Part shown: one piece after another, positions 25,801 through 37,800 of the stretch
Numbering within the stretch: position 1 is the first letter of the stretch
Layout: the number at the start of each line of letters is the position of its first letter
Assembly: GCA_964431835.1 (NCBI GenBank)
Contig: CAYSKO010000009.1
Span: 8,330 to 72,329, forward strand
Direction of reading: 5' to 3'
From: an uncultured Planctomycetia bacterium
GTDB lineage: Bacteria > Omnitrophota > Gorgyraeia > 2-02-FULL-51-18
DNA length: 64,000 nt
Notes under the pieces: generated by a model
Told to the model about the DNA's origin: nothing
The model's input: the letters and a program-made list of their open reading frames with translations, nothing else
The model's database searches: none
Position numbers and translations under genes: made by a program

Positions 25801-28800
25801 GAACTCCGTGAACCCCGGTCTCGGCGAGATCACGGTCAACGGCCGTCCGATCAAGATCACGGGCTCGGTCATGCTGAACGGGCAATGGGCGAATCTTCAG
25901 ATGATTTCGGACCGTATCGCGCAGATGCCGGCCGGTTCGGGCATCGAGCTTCGCGCCGCGCCGCTGGTCTTCCGGAACGGCATCTGGACCAACGACACCG
26001 CGCAGACGCCGCAGTTCTTCACGATCCAGCCTCGCATGACCGCTTTCAGCGGGTCGGTGACCTCGTTCAATGGGACGTCGACCCCCAAGACGATCAGCGT
26101 GAACGGCCGCACTGTGATCCTGCCGGCCAGCATGAACATCTATGTCAATGACGTGTACACGACCCAGGCCAACTTCGAAAATAAGCTCGCCGCCGCCGTC
26201 GCCGCCGGTGGCCTCTTCGAGCTCTCTGGGGCCAACCTCATCGAAACGAACGCGGGCTGGACGCTGGACGGCGTGACGGTCATGTTCCGCGAGAAGACGC
26301 ACCAGCTGGCGACAGTCACCGCTCCGCTCAAGGGGATCGACCTTTCGGGTGTGCAAAAGACTCTGACCCTGACCGGCCGTACGGTGCGCGTGAAGTCGGA
26401 CGCGACGTTCTTGGTCGACGGTCGCTCGATGACACTCGCGGAACTCCAGACCGCGTTCAACGCGGCGGAAGCGGGAGGCTACGTGCTCGACGTGCAGCTG
26501 CCGACGCTGCGCAAAGTCGGAAACGACCTAGAAGCCGTCCCGACGCAGCAACAGGTTTGGCAGCCCAACATCGGCTGGACGTGGATCGACGGGCCGTTCG
26601 TCGTCACCTCCATCACGATGGCCCTGGCGGGACAATCCGCGGCGGCGACCGCGGCGAACGCAACCTCGAATCCGAAGACCGTGCGGGTAAACGGCCGCGA
26701 CGTCCGCGTCCCCGTCAATTACCAGTTCATGCTCGACGGATCGTACGTGCCGTTTGAGACCGTGGCCGCGCGCATCGCTTCCGTCGCCGAATTCGGCGGC
26801 ATGGTGGAGCTCGTGGGCGCCGCGACCAAGATGAACGCCGACGGCTGGGAGTTCAAGCCCTCCGTCCGCACGAACTCGTGGGGCCAGCAGTATTTGGCCA
26901 ACGAACTTCTGTTCTATACGAAGGACCAGATGTACGAATCCGTCGTTGGCGGTCTTACTGGCATCAACGTGGCGTCCACGCCGAAGACCCTCGCCGTTTC
27001 CGGCCGCACGGCGATCATTCCCGACGGCACGACCTTCACGATCGACGGCTCGCCGGCCGTCACGCCCGCCGAGCTCGCGACCCGTTTCGCCCAGCTGCCC
27101 GCCGGCGCCCGAATCGAATTCGCCTCCAACACGTCCATGCGTTTCACGAGTGGCGGCTGGGTGCTGACGCCCACGCGCGATTCGTGGGGCAATATCTACC
27201 CGATGAGCCTGACGACGAAGTCGATGAAGGAACAGTCGGTACGGGGAGCGGTGGGCACGGTCTCGACTTCGCCCCAGAGCATCACCATCGGCGGTCGCAC
27301 GTTCGCCGCCGAGGGCTTCGACGTGGAACTGAACGGCACGATCCTCACATTCGCCGCCGCCACGGCCGCGATCGCGGCACTGGCGGCGTCCGGTGCGAAC
27401 GTCGAGGTCACGAACGCGAACGCGAAGCTCGGGTCGAACGGCTGGGAGCTCGACACGATTATGGCGTCGGTCTGCAACAGCTGGAGCTGCTACAACCAGC
27501 CAACCAAGCGCTTGCAGATCCAGAGCGACTCGGCTTCGATCTCCGATGCCGACGGCCCGGTCACGGCGATCGGCGCGGACCGCAAAGCCACGATCCACGG
27601 CCGTTCGGTTGCGATCCCGGCCACCGCGGTTCTCACTCTGGACGGCCGCACCGTTACGTTCGCCGAGCTGCGCCAGGCGCTTTCGGACTTCCAGTCCATC
27701 GGCGCGGACGTCAATATTGAAAACGCTTCGATGACTTACGGCACGTCGGGCTGGGTCTTCACGCAGGGCTTCATGAACATGAACGGTATCGTGACGCTCG
27801 CGTTTTCTTCCGAGAGCTCGCGCCGCTCGGTCACCGGACGCGTGACGGCCGTGAACGAGGCCGCCGGCACCGTGACGTTCGCGGGCCGCGTCGTGAAAGT
27901 GAATCCGCAGATGAAGCTCAAGATCGAAGGCATCCTCATTCCGTGGACGGCGTTCGTCGAGCGTTTCCGCGCGTCCAACGCGTTCGACGCGCTGAACGCG
28001 ACGATCCAGTGGACGAAGAACGGCTGGGAGTTCGCGCGCCAGGTCACCCGCGACCAGTGGAGCAACGCCACCTACAATTACGACGTGAACTTCGGCGACA
28101 CGACCGCCACCGCCAACGGTTTCGCGGGCTCCGTCTCCGCCATCAACGTCGCCGGCGGTTTCCTGAACGTCAACGGCTCGAAGATCGCGATGCGGCCGGG
28201 TCTCGTCATGACGCTGGACGGCGAGCGCGTCACGCTCGAACAGCTGGCTGCGAAGATGCAGGCAAGCACGGCGCTCGGCAACCTCACTTGGCTTCAGAAT
28301 TCGGGCATCCGTTTCATTTCGGCCGCGGAAGGCTGGACGTTCGATTCCTCGGCGATCTCGTTCGTGACGAAGGCGTCCTCGATGCGCACCTATCCGAAGG
28401 GCGTCGCCACGAAGATCGTTTCGACCGACGCGACCTCCACGGTGGTCGAGATGAGCGGAATCCGCTTCCGCATCGACGCGCGCACGGCGTTCACCGACGG
28501 CTCCTCCGACTACGCAGCGTTCGTCACCGCGCTGCAGGCCCGCCTGGCCTCCGGCGGCCGTCCCGTCCTCGCCGCGACGCTCACGTTCATCGGGGGAGAA
28601 TGGGTGGCCATGCGTTTGGGCTCGGTCGACGTGATTCAAAAGACCGATTCGTTCAACACCTTCGGCAAGAGCTACGCGATCACGCTCGACCCGGCCAATC
28701 CGGCGCGCGGCACGATGACGTCTTTCGGCGTCACCGGCCGCGTCGACGAGAGCACGGCGATCGTCGACGCGAAAGGCAAGAGCTTCTCGTTCTTCGAGCT

Positions 28801-31800
28801 CGTGCGCCTCGCCGAGGTCAATCAGGACCTTTACTTCGACGTCTCCTACGTCGAGATCGGCGGCGTCCGCACCGCCTCCCAGATCCGCATCCTCTCCGAC
28901 CTGTCGTCCTCTCTCAGCATGTCGTCCGAGCTCGAGCTTCTCGACGTGACGAATTCCAAGGTGAAGCTGAACGGCATCGAGTTCAAGGTGGTCGCGAACA
29001 CCGCCGTCACCGACCACGCGGGCAACGTGATCACATGGGCCGAGTTCCAGGCCCGCGTCGCCCGCAATGAGATCGATACCATCACGACGCTCGTCCGGGT
29101 CGCCTCGCTCCGCCTGCCGGACGGCACGTTCCAGGCCACCGCGCTCCAGATCCTCACGAAGCCGGTCGACGCTGAACAGACCCTGACCGAGACCGTCCAA
29201 GCGCTCGACACCGTGAACCGGAAGATCACGCTGAAGGGCGTCGCCCACTCGCTCACGGCCGACTTTAAACTCACCGATCCGGCGGGCGCCGAGAAATCCC
29301 TCTCGGATCTGAAGGCCCTGATGGCCGCCAACGCCCTCCGCGGCATCTCGACGACGATCCGCGCCGAGATGGTGAAGATCGGCGCGGAATGGAAGATCGC
29401 CTCGGCGGTCCTTTATACCGCGATGTCGCGCTCCGTGACCGATCGCGGCAACTCGCCCGATTCGTACGTGAACTCCGAGATCACGATCGTCGGCGAGAAG
29501 ATTCTGGTCCGCGGCGTGGAATTCACCGCGGAGAGCGGGATCGAGATCTTCGACGTCACGGGCGCGCCGGTCTCATGGGCGGAGCTTAAGCGTCTCCAGG
29601 CCCGCGACGCGGGGAACGGCATCCCGACGTACGCCCGCATGACTATCTCCGCCGAAGACCCGTGGAAGGTCATCGACATCCAGCTCTCGAGCGACGCGTT
29701 CGATCAGTTCTCCGGCAAGCTTTCGCAGGTGGATTTGAACGCGAACACGATCAAAGTCCGCGGCGAACCCGTGAGCGTCGTAGGCGTGCCGATCGTGGGT
29801 GGTGATTTCGGAGAAACGGTCTCGCTCGAGGACCTTTCCGACTGGATCGCCAACGATCCGCGCAAGCTGGTCGCGGCGATCGACGTCGGCGTCGACGAGA
29901 AACTGCTCGCCCTCACCGTCGACGGGACCCTCACTCAGGTCGCGACGGGATGCCGCGTCTACATGGCGAGCGGCGAAGAGATCACCACCGCCGACTTCGT
30001 GAATTACCACACCACCAATCAGATCCTCGGCAAGGACGTCTACGTGAAGGTCACGAAGGACGCCCAAGGCCGCGCGATCCGCCTCGACATCCGCGAGATC
30101 CGCCCGGGCCTCTTCGCCGACGTCAAGGCCGAGAAGGCCGCCGGCCAGTGGATCGCCAAGAAGGTCACCCTCCGCCAGGTCGAAGAGTTGCAGGTCGAGC
30201 GCGTGAACTACTTCGCGCTGACCGAAGCGACCGTTTCCGTCGGCGGCGTCCGCGTGACGGTCGACCCGACCACGGCTCTCACCGACAACACGGACCCCAA
30301 CGATCCGAAGGCGATGACGCTCGAACAGCTCGCCCACCGGATCTTAAACGACAGACGTCTCCAGTTCGAGGTGAAGACCGGCGATCCCCTGAAGCCGGCT
30401 CTCTCTGGAAGCCTCGTTTTCGGGGGTGAATTGACCGTCGACAACGTGACCAAGCAAGCCATCATTGACGGCGTCACCGCGTATCTGGCCGCGGAAGTGG
30501 CCGGCGGCCGGAAGACTCAGACCGCGATGGATTCCATCGTGAAATGGCTCCAGAAGCAGGACAGCCACTTCGGCATCAGCGCGTTCAGCGCCATGTCCAT
30601 CTTCACGAACCGCGTGGCCGGCGGCCTGCCGTCCCTGGTCAGTCTCGCGACCGAGACGATCGTCCGCGACATCGCCAAAGGCCTCATCCCCGACACGCCG
30701 AATTCGCGCGAACAGCTCCTTATCTCGTTCGAGGCGCTCAAGGAAGAGATCGCCGAACGCGCGGGCGCCCAGATCCACGCGTACAACATCGGCTTCTCCG
30801 AATTCAAGAATCTCCTCGCGGCCGGCGCCAAGCTCCTCGTTCACATGGGCGACGACCACTACATCACGGTCGACGAATACGACGCCGAAAACGACCAGAT
30901 CTGGTTCTACGAGGACAACCGCCGCGTCAGCGTCAGCGCCCACTATTTCCTCACCCTGTGGGACGGCAACGTCCTTTCCGGCACGCGCCCCCTCACCGGC
31001 GAATCCCTGACGGCCCAGCAGCAGCGTGCGATCCGCGGCGCCGGCCCCGGAATTTGGCAGGGCTACGGCTGGCTCCCGAACTGGGGCGGCGGCTGGCGCA
31101 ACCTGCACTATTGGGGCGCGCTCCCGAACTCGGTCCCGCTCAAGATGCGCGTCACGTCCTACGGCTATACGAAGCGCGACCTTCCTTCCGGTTCGCCTGC
31201 GATCTTCGACCACGTCTGGACCGTGGTCAAAGACTATAAAGAACGCCAGGACCGCCTCTCCGGCGACGAGCAGATCGGCGAGTACGAGCGCCCGCAGGAA
31301 CCCAACGACCGCCAGGAAGACTTCGTCAAGCGTATCTACATGCGTCCCGAAGCCGAATGGCAGGCCGACAACATCGACGACCAGGAATTCGGCCGCATCG
31401 TCGTGTACTGGACGAAGGACACGAACGGCCGCTTCACCGAGCCGGGCGTCGTCATCCATATGGACAGCGCAGGCAACGCGATCAAGGTCATCAAGAACAA
31501 CAACCGCTATCAGTGGGATCCGATGAACGGCTTCATCGACGCGGGCGGCTCCGAGCTCGGTTTCGAGATCGACGCGATCGGTCTCAAACTGGACGAGCGC
31601 GCCGATCCGGCCGGCGGCCCGGACGTCGACACGTACGTTCCGCTCAACCAGAACATCATGAACGACACGTACGACAACCAGCTGCGCCACAACGTCGTCG
31701 GTTCGCTGACGCTGTACCAAAAGGCCCGGGACGAACACGAGTCCGGCCGCTGGGACGCCTCGTACGCCCTGAAAGACGACTTCATGACGTACCTCGAGAC

Positions 31801-34800
31801 GGCCGACGAGTCCAAGAAAGACACGACGGTCCAGTATTGGAACGACGTCAACGCCAAGCTCGAAGCCTTCGGCGACGGGATGGTGAACCCGTGGAACCAG
31901 CTCATGCGCGAGTCCAAGGAATCGGTCGGGCAGTTCGCCACGAACGCGAACGCGCTCATCGAGGAGATGAAGGCCGCCTGGGAAGAACGCTGGCACGTCG
32001 CGCTCTTCCAGCATTTCTACACCGGCGAGCCGGGCGACAACGCCGGCAATATCCTCGCAAATTCCACCGAGATCGCCCCGTTCAAGGCGACCTCCCAACA
32101 GGTCAAGGATTGGATCAAACTGTACAAGATCCTCAAGAAACACGCGTCCTTCGAGTTCGTGAAGCCCTGGGAAGCGCTCAAGACCCACGTCACCGACAAT
32201 ATGGATCTCTCGAAGACCAAAGGCCACTTCGACGCGATGGCGACCGACATCGTGAGCGATCTCACGACGCAGCGCACCGCGCTCCTTTCCCTCATCAACA
32301 CGGATTTCGTTACCGACATCGACACCTACCGCGAGAACGTCCAGAAATCGCTCGACGAGATCGAGAAGATCCTCGGCAACAAGGGCGCCGCCGCCGACAA
32401 AGGCAAGCTCTTCACGAAGAACGCAGACCCCCTGGAATGGGATGTCGATCTACCCGGCGCGCTCAATGCGGACGTCAAGCGGCAGCTCGAAGACACGCGC
32501 ACAGCACTCAACGAAATTCTCGGCGAAAACGCCGGCGGGTACGACATCTTGAAGACGATCAAGACGAAGATGCACGACGACACGATCCAGAAGGCGGCCG
32601 ACATGCTCGGCGAGAGCAAAGGCGCCGGCACGGGTCTCGTGAAGACGGTGAAGGACGCGATCGGGGAGATGAAGACCCGCTACACGAGCTTCCGCGACGA
32701 TCTTCTTTCGAAGATCAACGCGGTCCTCACCGTCGCGAACACGATCAACAACCCGAACTTTGTCCTCATCAAGGTCGCTAACGTGCACTCCGAATGGCCA
32801 CACCCGCGCCCGCCGCGCCTCAACGGCGTGGGCGGCGGCACGATCGCCAACGGCGTATGGGTCCACACGCAGGATTTCGGCCCGGGCTGCGACGATGTTC
32901 ACTGGGAAGAGGAAGTGGTCGCCAAGGGCAGCATCGAGCTCGACTTCGCGGGCCTGAATCAGGTGAAGAATTATTTCGACGCCATCAAGGGTTTCGAGGG
33001 AATCGACACGCAGGATCTGATCCAGGACCTCACCGACAGCTATCAGAAGATCACGACGAAGGCCGCGCAGGAGCTGAAGACGGCCGCGACCATGGAATTC
33101 GAGGCCCGCAAGACCCTCAACAAAGCCGACCGCGACCTGACGAAGCACCTTGGCGAGGCGATCGTGAAGCGGAACGCGGCCTACGACGAGCTCAGCCAGG
33201 AGCTCTTGATCGAAAAAGATCTCGTGAAATTCGCAGACCAGATGATCGACGAGTCGAATTCGGACGAGCGCCAGAATCCGGCCAAGGCCAACGACTTCGA
33301 GCAGTTCGCCACCAAGAGCAAGATGTGGGACGACCGCAAGGCCGAGCTCGAGAAGGCCGAGGCCTCGCTCATCAAGGTCAGGGGCTGGCTCGACGAGGAC
33401 AAGCTTTTCGGGATCAATGCCCGCGGACAGAAGATTCTCGACGACGCGTTCTGGCAGAACAACATCAAGGGCGAAAAGGGCGGCATTTTCACGAGGGCCG
33501 TCGACCCGCTTCACTCGAAAATCGGCGTGATGGGCCGCGAAAAGCTCGGTATCCTTTTCTCCACGAAGGGGATCTTCGAAGGCACAGACGGCGTCATGGG
33601 CGGGACGCAAGCGGACAGCACCGTATCGGTTCTGTGGGATTTCGCGGACCGTCTCGCGTCGACGGCGTACCAGTCACGTAATTTCTTAACGGCGCTCCGC
33701 GGCGCCCGCGGCGAGCATCTGGACGGCTCCCTGAACAAGGTCGATCCGCCGAAGGGCACCTCGCCGATCCAAATTCGCATCCTCAACCACATGCACTCCG
33801 GGCCGCGCGTGCCCACGGAAACGGTCCCCGATCCGTCGGACTCGAAAAAGACCATCACGCGCCCGATCCCGATGTATTGGGAGAAAAAGATCGCCCGGAC
33901 CGCGGACCGCCTCCAGCGCTATTTGGAGGGCACGGTCCCCGAAGGCAGTAGCCTGCCGGTATTCGCTACGATCGTCGATCCCTTCGACGCGAAGAAAGAA
34001 CTGAGGAAACAGCCGACGGCCCGCCAGCGCTACTTCGCGGACGCCCGGAAGGCTTCGTGGAAGTACGTGGGTCTTTATAAGGGCCCGGACACCGAAAACA
34101 AGTATTACGACCCCTATTTCGACACCGGCTTCAGCAACGATTACAAGGACCCGGTGCTGCCGCCGCTCCTCAACGCCGGCACGGACGAGCGCCAGAGCCT
34201 CGTCAATGCGGACCCGTACAAGATTGGCCTCACGGGCAAGCAGGTGGTCCACAAGGCGAAGACCAACGACGCGCGCAACTTCGACAACGACGACTGGTTC
34301 GGCTACTACGGCTGGAACCGCGACGAATCCGTGATCGACGCGTTCAAGACGCGCGACATCGACAGCTTCAAGCGCCTCAAGACGGCGTACCACGTCGATA
34401 CCCGAAAGTATGTGGAAGACACGAAGAAGGCCCAGGAGCAGGGCGCCGATAAGCAGTTCCAGGACAACATGCTTCGGACCGACACCTGGAACAACTTCGT
34501 GGTCCAACAGGCGGTGTTCAACAAGAACAAAGCGCTTCTGCGCCTTCAGTATCAGGAGGCCAACACCAAACGCGGCTTCGTCGTCTCGCTTCAGAGCTCG
34601 GTGAAGACCTTCTATAAAGCGTATGCGGCCATGCGCCAGCAGTTCGACCCGAGCTACACGCTTCCGGCCGCCGTTCAGCTGGCGCTTAACCGCAACGTCG
34701 CGACGTTCAACACGACGAGCATCGGGATGCTCGATACGTACCTCGCGCAGTACGAGGCGCTCTACAATCAAGGCACTTCGGTCATGGGTACCATCAAGGT

Positions 34801-37800
34801 TGGTGGCATGAACATCGGGTCGATCGAGGCGGCCCTCAATCGCGCGGGTCAGGGCATGCAGGAAGGCGCGGGACAGAGCGCCAAGGGCTATGCGAAGTCC
34901 ATGTCGAAGCTCGCCCAGAGCCGCCAGCAGACGTGGCAGGGCTATTACCAGCAGATGGACGAAATCCAGACCAAATACCAGGCTGCGGTGAACCTCGCGA
35001 AGGAAAACAAGACCAACACGTACGCCGACGCGAGGTACGGTTGGATGACGATCACCGACGCGCTCGGTGGCGCCGGCGCCGCTGGCAAGGCGAAGAACGC
35101 CGACGAGTGGGGCATCGTCTCGAAGCTCATGACGAACATCGAGGACGACATGGCCAAAGCTGCCGGCGACGACAAGAAGATCGCTTCGTGGTGGAACCGC
35201 ATGATCAACAACAACCATTCGGACAACACGAAGCAGTTCTGGTTCAGCGGCTTCACGCCGACGGCAGGCACCGGCGGCGACATCCTCGGCGCGGACTCGG
35301 CCACGAAGGCGTACATGGCGGTGACCCGGCAGTTCCAGAAATGGCAGATTGGCGACCTCGAGACGAAGGTAACCGAAGGCGGCGCGGAGAAAAACTACAT
35401 CCGCCACCGCGACGCGTCGCTCGAAAATCTCGAGGCGAACCTCCTGACCGAAGGCTACCAGTGGAAGGAAGTCCAGGACAAGCGCGCGACGGTCCTCCAG
35501 CGTGCGTCGGGCGCCGACTCGATCTTCCTCAACAATTTCTACGGCACGCAGACGCTCGCCGAAGCCGCGCAGGTCGCCAACCGGTTCAATGGCATGATCG
35601 ACGGCCTCACGATGCACCTCATCGGACAGGCGAAGGGGAAGGCGTTCTTGAACGTCCAGGTAGCCGACATCAACGACCAGGCCGCCCAGAACAACAACTT
35701 CGCGAACGGCCCGGCGGCCGTGCGTATGCGCAAGGACCGCCGCGGCGTCCTCTCGTTCAACTACGACCGCGAGAGCGGCACGATCCAGATGTCGCGCATG
35801 TTCAAGGGCCGCATCGCGTGGGATGTCCAGCAGAATGCGATCACGGGCCGCGTGAGCGGGTTCACGAACCACACGTACTCGTGGGAGTTCCGCCAGAACG
35901 CCCGGGGCCGTGAGCAGTGGATGCTCCAGGATTCCGCCCAAAGCCACAACGACGCGGGAGCCGCGCAGGGCGATCCGCGCATCACGATGGGCCGCTTCAC
36001 GCTGGACGGCCAGGGCAACTTCAAATTCATCAACGTGGCCTTCAAGCAGGACGGCCACATCGTGACGAGCTTCACGACCGGGACACAGCAGCGCGCGGAC
36101 GGCGTCAACGTTACGGTCACGAGCTATTTCCGCGGCTGGATCGACGGAAACGGCCGCATCAAGGATGAAAAGATCATCGGTCAGCAGCACGACGACGGGC
36201 TCGGAAACGCCGACTCCATCAGCTTCGCGCGGGCGTCCCACAGCGGCGACAGCTACACGCTCCGCTTCATCAACGGCGCGCGCGCCGGGGACAGCGAACG
36301 CCACATCGTGAGCCACTCGTACTACCTCGTGCGCGACACATTCGGCAATCTCCTTCGCGTGAAGCGCAAGAACGAACGCATCGAGGCTGTGAACACGCAC
36401 TTCGTCGACCCGTCCGACAACCGGAACCGCGTCACCACGCAGGTCACGGTCACTCTCAGCACGACAAACGCGCAAGGCATCTCGATCTCGACGACGTTCG
36501 CAGGCGGCGAGCGGGTGAGCGGCGGGATGGCAAACCGGTTCTTCAACACCGCCGGCCGCCAGCTGATCGCACTCGACGGCTATTACGCAAACGAGCGCTC
36601 TCTCCGCGGCACGTTCCAGAACTTCTCCAATGCCGGCTTCCAGAGCGTGAACATCAGCCTGGGGAGCGTCACTTACGGCTCTCAGCGCGGCTCGAACGCC
36701 ATCCAGGTTTCGACCACGACGCTTTCAGCCGACGGCACCGTTGTGAACGCGAGCTTCGGCGTAGGCCGCGGCCTGAACATGAACACGCTCCTGGGCACCC
36801 TCCAGAACCAGATTGGTGGCACGGACACGGCGAACGCGGCGAACCAACTTGCGTTCATGACGCAGTTCAACAACACGAATCTCTATGCGGGCTTGCAGGC
36901 CACGTTCCGAAACGCCGCCGGCGTCGAGATGTTCCGCCTGGCGCCGACGAACAACCGAGTCGAACACCGAGAGGTCGGACACGACAATGCCGGTCGCAAT
37001 GCCGTAGCCTGGGTGGGTGGAACCGTCGGCGGCAACGACGCGCTCGCAAACGGAGCGAAATTCAGAAACGACATGGCGGCCCTGAATCTCAACGACAATA
37101 CTGCCCGTTTAGCATTCATGAAGACGTTCGAAGCCGGCTCGGAATTCGTTGCTGGCGGAGCCGCGGCCAACGAGCAGCGACGTACAGGCGGGTTCACGCT
37201 TGAAGTGACCTTCTTCGCGAGCCGCCTGGAGGCGCAGATGGCGCCGCAGAACTTCCGTATCGCCGGCACGGAAGCCGAGGTCGAATACCAGCAGTTCGGA
37301 CGCGGCTCCGACGGCACTGTCATGGCCACGTGGGTCGGGCGCGACGAAGCCAACGGCAGAAACGCCCTCCAGAACGGCGCCGCGATGGCCGCCGCCGCCA
37401 GCGTCACCAACCTTTCTACGAGCGCACGCCGAGAGGCTTTCCTGAAGCAGTTCGAGACGCCTGCGATCCGTCTCCGCGATCTTCTGGGCCCGGCGGCGGC
37501 GCTGGCAGCGGCCTTCGGCCTCCCGGTCGACATGCAGATCCGCCGCGGCGGGTTCTCAGTCCAGGCAAGTTTCGAGAAACGCAACAGCGCGGGCTCCGTC
37601 TTGGGCGGCGCCGCCGAACAGATGCGTATCCAGGGCGGCGGCTCGCAGGTCGAAGTCTTCCGCGTTTCGACCAGCCGCGACGGCACCGTCGTGAGCGCGT
37701 GGCTCGGCCGTACCGAAGGGCCCGCGGGGACCGGCCGCACGGCCGTCGAGAACGGAACGACCTTTACGACCGCTGTCGGCGCGCGCGGTACTGATCTTTC

